Origin: an uncultured Syntrophomonadaceae bacterium
GTDB taxonomy: Bacteria; Bacillota; Dethiobacteria; DTU022
Direction of reading: 5' to 3'
Assembly: GCA_964492615.1 (NCBI GenBank)
Contig: CAZBKZ010000001.1
Location: 33,354 to 97,353 of the forward strand
Length of the DNA stretch: 64,000 bases
Part shown: piece by piece, positions 46,303 to 54,419 of the stretch
Position numbering within the stretch: position 1 is the stretch's first letter
Layout of the letters: every line of letters starts with the position of its first letter
Position numbers and translations under genes: made by a program
The notes under the pieces: generated by a model
Databases searched by the model: none
What the model saw: only the letters and a program-made list of their open reading frames with translations
What the model was told of the DNA's origin: nothing

Positions 46303-46332
46303 ACCCGCCTCACTGTTAAGGCGGGTATTTTA
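46303..46332 (+). terminator. Intrinsic terminator forming the riboswitch expression platform
   Basis: 8-bp stem acccgcct / aggcgggt with an 8-nt loop, followed by auuuua. It lies 45 nt before the protease start. Confidence 0.65.
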
Positions 46333-46376
46333 AACTGCAGGTTTAGATAAAGAGTATAACTAAAGGCGGAAAAAAG

Positions 46377-48872
46377 ATGACAAAACGAATTTTTGGCAAA
46401 ACGATTATACCCTTTTTACTGTCCTTACTATTAGTTCTTACAATCTCCTGTCAGGCTCATGCCCTGATGCAAAAACTCGCTTTAAGTGACCTTACAGACC
46501 AGTCTGATTCAATTATTACCGGAACCATAGAAAAACTTCAAAGCCAGTGGGATACAGAACAAGGTAACATATTTACTACTATTACTGTAACTGTTGACAG
46601 TAAAATTAAAGGTGAAGATAAACCGGAAACGATTACTGTGATTATTCCCGGAGGAACTGTTGACGGTATAACTCAGATTGTTTCTGATACCGCTGAATTC
46701 CAGGTTGGCGAAGAAGTTGTTTTGTTTCTCAATGAACTACCATGGTACAGAATAAATTTTGCCGGCTCTGCATCGGCAAGTATTTTTGAAGTATGCGGTA
46801 ACTTCCAGGGTAAAATGAGTATTACTGATGATAGCGTCTCCGGCAAACCACTTGAAGAGCTGGAGGATGAAATAAACTTTTTACTTGAAGCTGATCAGAC
46901 AGATAGTTCCCTTGACCCACTGGAAGACGAACCGCTGTTTGTCAGCAATCATGCATTTGTCACCCTGCCATTTCGCTGGACTGGTCTTTCGCCTGTTGTT
47001 CCCTATTATATAAATTCCTCCAGCTCCAGAATAACCGAGATCAATGCCGCTGCCACCTCCTGGAATAATGCCGGTGCAAACTTTGCATTTAACTACCGCG
47101 GAACACACTCGCGATCCGGTGGACCTCTCTATAATGGAGTAAATGAAATCATGTGGCGCGACCTGGGCACGAATAACGCCCTTGCTATCGCTTCAATCTG
47201 GGTTGCCGGAAATATTATCATGGAAGCAGATATGAGCTTTAACACGAGATATAACTGGAGCACCAGCGGTAGTATCTATGATGTACAAACCGTCGCCTTG
47301 CATGAGTTCGGTCACTGGGTTGGGCTGGATCATTCCAGCACTTTTGGCTCCATCATGTATTACCAGTATAAAGGCACACAGCGTAACCTGCACCAGGATG
47401 ACATTGCAGGAATACGCTATATATACGGCAATTCTGCTCCCGTTTCTCTCTGCACAGTTTCTGTTCCCAGCCGTCCGGGAGGCTCGTCAAGCGGTATTGT
47501 GGGAACGACTTACAACTATACTGCATCAGGATCCAGCTGTTCTAACGGCCATAATCTTGAATACAAGTTTTATTTTAGTGATGATACTGAATCAAACTGG
47601 CGAACGTTCGCCAATTGTAATAAATACTGGAGCAGTCCAGGGAGTCACAGCGTATGGGTACAAACACGCTGTGCAGCCGACAATAACAGGGTTTCATTAA
47701 TGTCTCAGCCACTAGAGATAACCGTATCAGCGGCACCGGTTTACTACGATTTAACGATCTCTGCGGAAGGCGGGGGAATTACTGTTCCAACCAGCGGAAC
47801 ATATCCATATTTAAACGGGACTTCAGTTACAATTGAGGCGACCCCAGATAATGGATGGCAGTTTGAAAAATGGATAATCAATAATGAAGAAAGCTCTAAT
47901 AGCCGGACCAGTTTCAATATAGGCAGAAACACGGTTGCCAGGGCTGTATTTTCAGAGTTAGAAGAAATAGAGGAAGAAAACAGTGAACAGGAAGATCAAA
48001 ATAGCGGGTCCGACACAAATAATGATGACGACAACTCTGTTGTTGATCACCAGGTTAATATTGTAATTGAAGGCCAGGGAACTACAGATCCAGCTGAGGG
48101 TATTCATTATTATAGCTCAGGTGAGAGCTTGCTGCTAACCGCTTTTCCTGCAGAAAACTGGATCCTGGAGAAATGGGTAGTTGGTGACGAAGAATTTAGC
48201 GTACTTTCGATTACTCTTAATGTGAATAGTAGCATGACAATAAATGCAATTTTTAGTGACAGGCCTGAAATAATCGAAGACGATAATGGCCAGGGCCAGG
48301 ATAACGCAGGCAGTAGTTCAGGAGAAAATACGAATGCTGGAAGCAGTGGCGGAACAACCTCTGGTGGCAGTGCCGGTTCAGGAAGTGGAACCAATACCTC
48401 TCCACCGGCGCCCAGTGCACCATCCGCCCCCCCTCCGGCTGTTATTCAGCATCAATTAGCAATAGCTGTTGAAGGAGAAGGTAATGTATACCCCGGACCC
48501 GGTAAACACTCATATAATAAAGACAATGAGGTTAACATAATAGCCGAACCTGCGGCTGGGTGGATTTTTGTTAAATGGATAATAGATGGAAAGGATATAA
48601 GCTTTCACAGCCATTCCATTAAAATGGATCGCGATCGCTCTGCAACAGCATTTTTTTCAAAGCAGAAGCCTGGCGACCTCACCAATGACGGCAATGTCTC
48701 GGTTTCAGATGTAGTAAAAATTACCCGCTACTCACTCGGCATTTCCGAGCTGACAGAAGAGCAGATCGCAAGCGCAGATGTTAATGGCGACGGAGTTGTC
48801 GACGTGCGGGATATTACATTGATCATGCGTTACGCCCTTGGGTTAATCGACTCTTTCCCTGTTGACCGGTAA
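46377..48872 (+). CDS. Secreted matrixin-like (M10) zinc metalloprotease with three InlB-B-repeat-like modules, a G/S/P-rich linker and a C-terminal type-I dockerin
   Basis: ORF track, 831 aa. Signal peptide ...SCQAHA. HEFGHWVGLDH (47301-47333) plus the Met-turn SIMYY. Three ~70-aa repeats. The dockerin duplicate is DLTNDGNVSVSDV... / DVNGDGVVDVRDI.... Confidence 0.85.
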   Translation: MTKRIFGKTIIPFLLSLLLVLTISCQAHALMQKLALSDLTDQSDSIITGTIEKLQSQWDTEQGNIFTTITVTVDSKIKGEDKPETITVIIPGGTVDGITQIVSDTAEFQVGEEVVLFLNELPWYRINFAGSASASIFEVCGNFQGKMSITDDSVSGKPLEELEDEINFLLEADQTDSSLDPLEDEPLFVSNHAFVTLPFRWTGLSPVVPYYINSSSSRITEINAAATSWNNAGANFAFNYRGTHSRSGGPLYNGVNEIMWRDLGTNNALAIASIWVAGNIIMEADMSFNTRYNWSTSGSIYDVQTVALHEFGHWVGLDHSSTFGSIMYYQYKGTQRNLHQDDIAGIRYIYGNSAPVSLCTVSVPSRPGGSSSGIVGTTYNYTASGSSCSNGHNLEYKFYFSDDTESNWRTFANCNKYWSSPGSHSVWVQTRCAADNNRVSLMSQPLEITVSAAPVYYDLTISAEGGGITVPTSGTYPYLNGTSVTIEATPDNGWQFEKWIINNEESSNSRTSFNIGRNTVARAVFSELEEIEEENSEQEDQNSGSDTNNDDDNSVVDHQVNIVIEGQGTTDPAEGIHYYSSGESLLLTAFPAENWILEKWVVGDEEFSVLSITLNVNSSMTINAIFSDRPEIIEDDNGQGQDNAGSSSGENTNAGSSGGTTSGGSAGSGSGTNTSPPAPSAPSAPPPAVIQHQLAIAVEGEGNVYPGPGKHSYNKDNEVNIIAEPAAGWIFVKWIIDGKDISFHSHSIKMDRDRSATAFFSKQKPGDLTNDGNVSVSDVVKITRYSLGISELTEEQIASADVNGDGVVDVRDITLIMRYALGLIDSFPVDR
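47742..48663 (+). repeat. Three intragenic ~70-codon repeat modules (about 47742-47957, 48048-48260 and 48450-48663)
   Basis: The protein-level repeats are Y/HxLxIxxEGxGxxxP..G.H.Y..G..V.I.A.P..GW.F.KW..... They are separated by acidic and G/S/P-rich low-complexity linkers. Confidence 0.7.
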
Positions 48873-48876
48873 CAAT

Positions 48877-49590
48877 TCAGGCACTGCTGCAGGAAGACTT
48901 GCTGCAGCGGTCATTACAATATTTACAGGCCAGAGCTGCATTTGAAAGCTCTGAAAATCTTTCCGGGTACTTGTAATGCAGCAGCTCCCATTGAAAGAGC
49001 AACAGAGCGCCCATTGCAACCAGCGAATACGACCAGAAAGATTTTAAGTAGATCAGGGGCGAAACAATAATTGGGAAGCCCCAACTATATATACGACAGG
49101 TAGCACAACAGCGATTGTGCACAATCCAGTTTTGAAAAGGGCACCATAAATTTACGAAGAGTTGATCCAGAAAATAAAATAAAAACGCGCTCATAACCAC
49201 CCAGTAGCTATCCAGCCTCAACAACCCAATCAGGATAAGGGCTACTGCCCATACCAGCGCTGCCAAAATTGCCCGCCTGTCAAATTTCTTCGTATAAGAA
49301 AGCAGCTCTGTAATATCATGCTTTAGATGAATATAATTTAATTTAAATATTTTTCCGCGTCCGATAAAATGGTTTAACCCCGGGATAAGGGCAAGGGCCA
49401 TTTCGAACATCAGCAGGACCCATAGCAGATGGAATACCCTGACATTACCAACTACCTGATAATTAAAAACTACAGCAGCAAATTCTTTGCCTGCCAGACT
49501 TATAATAACAGCTGATGCAAAAACAACAGTGCGTAAAATAAATATTTTTCGGGAAAGTATCCAGTTTAACATTTCATACAAAGCTCCCAT
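48877..49590 (-). CDS. Hypothetical polytopic membrane protein with Cys-rich motifs
   Basis: ORF track, 237 aa. About 6 hydrophobic segments. Contains WCPFQNWIVHNRCCATC and the C-terminal CKYCNDRCSKSSC. No family recognised. Confidence 0.6.
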   Translation of the reverse strand: MGALYEMLNWILSRKIFILRTVVFASAVIISLAGKEFAAVVFNYQVVGNVRVFHLLWVLLMFEMALALIPGLNHFIGRGKIFKLNYIHLKHDITELLSYTKKFDRRAILAALVWAVALILIGLLRLDSYWVVMSAFLFYFLDQLFVNLWCPFQNWIVHNRCCATCRIYSWGFPIIVSPLIYLKSFWSYSLVAMGALLLFQWELLHYKYPERFSELSNAALACKYCNDRCSKSSCSSA

Positions 49591-49670
49591 ATACTAATAT
49601 GTAACCCTGTATATATTGACACATCCATAAATAAATTTCAACCAGGCAAAGGAATAAGCAGACAAACGGT

Positions 49671-49700
49671 AAGGGGCTGCTTCGCAAGAAACAGCCCCTT
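49671..49700 (-). terminator. Stem-loop downstream of the TRAP-1 operon
   Basis: 9-bp stem aaggggctg / cagcccctt, 33 nt after the stop at 49733. The T-tract is weak. Confidence 0.5.
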
Positions 49701-49732
49701 AAAATGCGCTATCCTATATACAGTTTGTCAAC

Positions 49733-50839
49733 TTATCTGAGTGAATCTCTTGCTTCAAGAAGAGCTTCATATACCGACCAGGCCGGCAGTCCGCTTGCTT
49801 CCAGCTGATCGAGGAAACCTTCAACAACCGGTGTTGATACCTCGAGCAGATCTGCTGTATCCTGCTCAGTCCACTGGTACACTTCTATGCCATTTTCCTC
49901 CATCTTATCAATACCACGCTGTGCAGCGTCGGCATAAACCGAGGAGGCCTTCAGACCCAGCTCCAGACCGCTGTTTTCCTCAAAAATAGCCTGAATGTCC
50001 GCCGGAAGTGAATTCCAGGTGTCTTCATTCATAAAAATAGCCTTGGTTGCATAGAACATACTCATACCATTCGTGCCATATTCCAGTACCTCGTAGAGGC
50101 TGTAAGTATCAATAGCAGCATGATCAGTCAACAAACCATCCACTACTCCACGCTCCAAAGCATCATATACCTCAGGCATGGGAATCAGGGAACCCATTCC
50201 ACCAAGAGCATCAATTGTATCTTCTTCAAGCTCGCCGGAAACCCTTAAATCACGTCCCCTGAAACCGTCTACTCCCTGAATTGGCGCATTATTGGTATAA
50301 GCATTGCCTTCAGGAAGTCCATAGAGGGCAAATACCTTATAACCTGCCCATTCATTCTGGAAATCTTCATTTTCTTCCAGCAGGATATTAATGGTCCGGG
50401 TTACCTCTTCCATTGACTGGAAATGAGCAGGGAACCTGGTAAAATCAGTTAACGGAAAACGACCGGGAGTATACCCGAGCATTGTAAAACCTATATCTAC
50501 CGCTCCGGTAGCAACGTCATCCACGATTGCCCTGCTTTCAGACAAAGAACCACCAGGATAAAAATTAATTTCTACCCTGCCATTTGATGCTGCTTCAATA
50601 GCTTCAATCCATGGCTCAACTACATTTACATGCTGGTGGTGAGGAGCTGGGAACGGAGATGCAAAATCAAGACTAATTACTTCACCGGCATCAACCGGTT
50701 CATCAACAGGCTCATCAACAGGCTCATCAACCGGAGCATCGACTGCTTCCTGCCCGCCACAACCTGTAAGAGCAAGCCCCAGGAAAAACAATACCATCAC
50801 GGGTAATAAAAACAGCTTCCAGCGCTTCAAATTAAACAT
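49733..50839 (-). CDS. TRAP transporter substrate-binding protein (DctP type), lipoprotein with an acidic (VDEP)n linker
   Basis: ORF track, 368 aa. Lipobox LALTGC and a DctP-like core (INFYPGGSL...GAVDIGF). Confidence 0.85.
   Translation of the reverse strand: MFNLKRWKLFLLPVMVLFFLGLALTGCGGQEAVDAPVDEPVDEPVDEPVDAGEVISLDFASPFPAPHHQHVNVVEPWIEAIEAASNGRVEINFYPGGSLSESRAIVDDVATGAVDIGFTMLGYTPGRFPLTDFTRFPAHFQSMEEVTRTINILLEENEDFQNEWAGYKVFALYGLPEGNAYTNNAPIQGVDGFRGRDLRVSGELEEDTIDALGGMGSLIPMPEVYDALERGVVDGLLTDHAAIDTYSLYEVLEYGTNGMSMFYATKAIFMNEDTWNSLPADIQAIFEENSGLELGLKASSVYADAAQRGIDKMEENGIEVYQWTEQDTADLLEVSTPVVEGFLDQLEASGLPAWSVYEALLEARDSLR
50689..50748. repeat. Tandem 12-nt repeat (4-5 units) inside the TRAP-1 binding-protein gene
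   Basis: catcaaccggtt / catcaacaggct / catcaacaggct / catcaaccggag / catcgactgctt on the plus strand. It encodes PVDEPVDEPVDEPVD in the mature N-terminal linker. Confidence 0.8.
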
Positions 50840-50944
50840 TTTATTCCCTCCAATTTATAGTCTTTAGTTCTTTCAGGACCCCACACATCAAAGCACAAAG
50901 AGTTTATTCTTGCACAGGCATCCCCCCCCATTTCAATTTATTAA

Positions 50945-52249
50945 TTAATACATTAAGCCAGGTAAGAAAAGCGCAATTTGCGGAAATGCGGCTACTATTA
51001 TAGCCCCGATAACCAGGGTAACCCAAAATGGTACCTGATATTTAAAAACCTGGGCAGAAGGAACCTTTGTAACCTGGGCGACAACCAGGCTGGCTACCCC
51101 AACTGGTGGGGTGAGCAGGCCGGTTAAGTTCATCATAGTGGTCATAACACCAAACCAGATGGGGTTATAACCCAATTCCAGGATAATAGGGTAAAATATT
51201 GGAGTCATAATAACTATTGTTGCCAACTCATCCATGAAAAAGCCCATAATCGTATAAATCAGCAGTATAATCAAAATTATTATAAAAGGAGTTACGTCCA
51301 GCGCATCTATGAAAGATGATAGGCTAAAGGGAATCCTACTTCTGGTGAGAAAAATACCAAACAACTTACCACCGATAACTATAGCAAAAACCATGGCGGT
51401 TATGGTAGTTGCCGAACTGATCGAATCAACAAATTTTGCCCACGACAGTCTTCTCATGATCAGCACAAGCACCAGGGATAAAAATGCCCCTGCCGCGCCC
51501 GCTTCTGTCGGTGTAAAAAACCCGAGATATATTCCTCCGATGCTTATAACAAAAATTACCGGTAACGGCCAGACATACATTACTTTTTTCAGATCTATTG
51601 AAAATCGTTCTTTTGTATCTGAGACGGGAGGGCCAAGGTCAGGCCTGACCCGAATTACGATATACGTGGTAATCATTAGCATTAGAGTAAGCATTATCCC
51701 GGGGATCAAACCGGCAATCAGAACCTGCCCGATCGACTCTTCTGTAATAACGCCATATAATATCAGGGTTGTGCTGGGTGGAATTACAATACCCAGGGTT
51801 GAACCAACCGAAGCGATACTGGCTGCCAAACCTTGATTATACTTATGCTTGGTCATTTCAGGCACAGCAATTGAACCTATAGTTGAAGCAGCGGCAGTGG
51901 CTGAACCGCAAACAGCGCCAAAAACTGCTGCTGCTCCCAGGGTGGCAATAGCCATCCCACCCCTGACTTTTCTGAATAAATCGCTCATTACGTTATAAAG
52001 GTCGGCTGCCACTCCCGCTTTCGATAAAAATATACCCATAAGCACAAAGAGTGGAATAACACTCAGAGAATAATTTTCTACCAGTATAACCAAATCGCTG
52101 CCCAATTTACTTAAAGAAGGTCCGCTGCTGGTCAGCATTATATTACCAAGCACCGCAATAGCGATTAATGCAAAACCTACAGGTAATCTCAAGGTTATCA
52201 GGATCAACATCAGCACTATGCCAAGAATGCCTATTTCAATTGGTGCCAT
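50945..52249 (-). CDS. TRAP transporter large permease (DctM type)
   Basis: ORF track, 434 aa. Polytopic and collinear with the second DctM in this window. Confidence 0.88.
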   Translation of the reverse strand: MAPIEIGILGIVLMLILITLRLPVGFALIAIAVLGNIMLTSSGPSLSKLGSDLVILVENYSLSVIPLFVLMGIFLSKAGVAADLYNVMSDLFRKVRGGMAIATLGAAAVFGAVCGSATAAASTIGSIAVPEMTKHKYNQGLAASIASVGSTLGIVIPPSTTLILYGVITEESIGQVLIAGLIPGIMLTLMLMITTYIVIRVRPDLGPPVSDTKERFSIDLKKVMYVWPLPVIFVISIGGIYLGFFTPTEAGAAGAFLSLVLVLIMRRLSWAKFVDSISSATTITAMVFAIVIGGKLFGIFLTRSRIPFSLSSFIDALDVTPFIIILIILLIYTIMGFFMDELATIVIMTPIFYPIILELGYNPIWFGVMTTMMNLTGLLTPPVGVASLVVAQVTKVPSAQVFKYQVPFWVTLVIGAIIVAAFPQIALFLPGLMY

Positions 52250-52742
52250 CGTTTTTTCCTCCTACCGGCTGTGAAAAAATCAGATCTGTTACAACAACTA
52301 AAAAGAGCCCAAGTAGTCCTAAAAATGCCAGTAATATTACAGGCCAGCTAGGTATTTGCAAACTTGCAGTCCTGGCACCGGTATCCATCATGTATATCCC
52401 ATGAGCCAGGAGCCGCCAGGTCATAACCCCTGCAACTGCAACAAATGCCAATTGTTTAAGATTATATATAATCAACCGGGAGGCTCTAGACTTTAAATAC
52501 TTTTCATAATATCCATAGAAAAAATCAATTTCAACGTTTTCCTTATTCCTTTCTGCATTGCCAAAAGCAAAATAAACTAGAATAACGAGAAAAATCCCGG
52601 TTAATTCATATATTCCGCGAAATCTAAACTCAAACAGCGCTCTGCCAATAATGTCAATTACCGTCATTGTCATTAAAGCCACTAAGAATAAACAGCTGAT
52701 GTAGTGGAAATAGCGGTTAAACGTAATAAGCGCTTTTCTCAT
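52236..52742 (-). CDS. TRAP transporter small permease (DctQ type)
   Basis: ORF track 52236..52748. 4 TM segments, and it overlaps dctM by 14 nt. The start is set at ATG 52742, 7 nt after AAGGGGG. Confidence 0.8.
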   Translation of the reverse strand: MRKALITFNRYFHYISCLFLVALMTMTVIDIIGRALFEFRFRGIYELTGIFLVILVYFAFGNAERNKENVEIDFFYGYYEKYLKSRASRLIIYNLKQLAFVAVAGVMTWRLLAHGIYMMDTGARTASLQIPSWPVILLAFLGLLGLFLVVVTDLIFSQPVGGKNDGTN

Positions 52743-52914
52743 AATCACGCCCCCTTTATAAATTTATTTATAGCTTCATCTAATCTTTAAAATACAAGCA
52801 TCTTATTTGACCTTACCAACAGGCAATATGTTACTATTCTCAATTGCCAAAACTGTAAGGTCACCAAGCAAACATGTATCACTAAATTGACTAGTCATAA
52901 CTGTATATTTAAGT

Positions 52915-52930
52915 CGCAATATTCATGCCA
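52915..52930 (-). promoter_or_regulatory. Candidate sigma-54 (-24/-12) promoter of TRAP operon 1
   Basis: The minus strand reads TGGCAT-GAATA-TTGCG. The GG and GC dinucleotides have the correct spacing. It lies about 170 nt upstream of dctQ. Confidence 0.5.
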
Positions 52931-53296
52931 AAATGCGATCCATATACAGCTTAGTGATAACATAACCATTGGATAAACCTTTAATATGCCTTGTTTTAAC
53001 TTTAAATACAGGTATCCTTTTCAAGGTTTTTAACAATATTAAACCAGCATATGTATTTATATCCTTTTAAATTATTTCATAATGAATTTAGAATTTCATT
53101 TTGCAATTCTACTCGTACCACATTTGACAATTTTAATCTATAGCAACATTGCTAAGTTTGTTATAATAAATACTTTTTATCCACTGAAAGCTATTGATAT
53201 TTTGTGCCTGCATGCAAACAGGAATTCTATGGATAAAAAAGGAAGCTGCAGTTAAATTCAGCAAACTGATAGCTCCCTACTTTATAAATTTTAATC

Positions 53297-53371
53297 TGGT
53301 GGGGACGAGAGGTTTTGAACCTCCGGCCTCTTGAATGTGAGTCAAGCGCTCTCCCCCTGAGCTACGTCCCC
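53297..53371 (-). tRNA. tRNA-Val (anticodon CAC), CCA encoded
   Basis: Minus-strand read GGGGACGTAGCTCAGGGGGAGAGCGCTTGACTCACATTCAAGAGGCCGGAGGTTCAAAACCTCTCGTCCCCACCA, with anticodon loop CTCACAT. Confidence 0.9.
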
Positions 53372-53401
53372 ATGTTATTCTAACTGTTTATATTTTCTTA
53401 A

Positions 53402-53429
53402 ATTATACCACAGTTTTTCAACGCATCAA
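53402..53429 (-). promoter_or_regulatory. Putative sigma-A promoter of tRNA-Val (extended -10)
   Basis: On the minus strand, TTGATG, a 16-nt spacer, then TGgTATAAT. It lies about 30 nt upstream of the tRNA. Confidence 0.5.
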
Positions 53430-53467
53430 TACTTCCGGGGCTCACTTTAGACTTACTGGTAATATGT

Positions 53468-53500
53468 AAAAAGCGCCCCGGGCTTTTACCCCCGGGACGC
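53468..53500 (-). terminator. Rho-independent terminator of the TRAP-2/ADH/MBL/SDR operon
   Basis: On the minus strand, gcgtcccggg-ggtaaaa-gcccggggcgc followed by T5. It lies 74 nt after the SDR stop. Confidence 0.8.
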
Positions 53501-53573
53501 CTTAGTTCTAATGCGTTATTAATATAGCAACTGGGAAGAAAGGAAAAATCCACCTCTTTTACCCCCAATTGTT

Positions 53574-54350
53574 TTAGAGCATCTGTAATCCCACATCGAA
53601 AGGATCCACTACATGAGTGCCACCGTCTACCAGAATTGCCGAACCTGTAATAAAGCTGGCATCATCACCGGCCAGGAAGCTGCAGATACCGGTAATTTCA
53701 TCGGGTTCTGCTCCCCGCCTTAAGGGAATAGACTGGAACGGCCCCAGGTTGTCTTTGCCAAATTCGCCGAAATGGCCCCTGGTCATATCTGTTAAGGTGA
53801 ACCCTGGACATACTGCATTGAAGCGGATATTAAACTTACCATAATCTGTTGCTGCCTGTTTTGTTAACATAATCAATGCAGCCTTGGTTGTACTGTAACC
53901 AACCCTGCCGGATAAGCAGCGAACTCCACCAAGGGAAGCAATGTTGATTACTGAACCTCCACCCTTCTCTTTCATATGAGGAATCACTTCGCGCATCAGC
54001 AGAAATGGTGCGTTCAGATTGGTGGCAAGGATTTTATTCCAGTCATCAAGGTCTACCTCTACAACGCCACCTTCAAAATTAACCGCAGCGTTATTGACAA
54101 GGATATCCAGTTTGCCTCCCCATTCAATAGCTGCTTTAACAACAGCTTTCACATCTTCATGCTTGGTGATGTCACCGGAAAAAACCTTAACCTTATCAGA
54201 TGGAAGTTGTGCAGCAACATCTTCCAGGTTTTTCTTCCTGCGGCCAATTATGCACACTTTCGCTCCATCTTTTACAAAGCGCTTTGCTATAGCTTCACCG
54301 ATACCGCTTCCAGCCCCGGTTATCAGAGCGACTTTATTGTCGAGTACCAT
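53574..54350 (-). CDS. SDR-family oxidoreductase (classical short-chain dehydrogenase/reductase)
   Basis: ORF track, 258 aa. Motifs TGAGSGIG, NNAA and YSTTK (YxxxK). Confidence 0.88.
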   Translation of the reverse strand: MVLDNKVALITGAGSGIGEAIAKRFVKDGAKVCIIGRRKKNLEDVAAQLPSDKVKVFSGDITKHEDVKAVVKAAIEWGGKLDILVNNAAVNFEGGVVEVDLDDWNKILATNLNAPFLLMREVIPHMKEKGGGSVINIASLGGVRCLSGRVGYSTTKAALIMLTKQAATDYGKFNIRFNAVCPGFTLTDMTRGHFGEFGKDNLGPFQSIPLRRGAEPDEITGICSFLAGDDASFITGSAILVDGGTHVVDPFDVGLQML

Positions 54351-54419
54351 TTGTTTAATTCACCTCATATCTTAAGTTTAAACAAAACAGATAAATGAAA
54401 ATAACCGTTTCTGTTTTTT

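Noticed and set aside
48290-48440. G/S/P-rich stretch in the protease gene, considered as a DNA-level tandem repeat.
   Set aside because: It is low-complexity at the protein level (GSSGG, SAPSAP). However, the nucleotide sequence shows no clean repeating unit beyond one short gcaccNagtgcacc-like duplication.
53102-53124. tgcaattctactcgtacca, which resembles the reverse complement of a sigma-54 promoter and shares 'tgcaattct' with the real site at 60005.
   Set aside because: The spacing between the TGCAA and the CCA block is 8 nt rather than 5. The GG/GC elements would therefore not be one helical turn apart.
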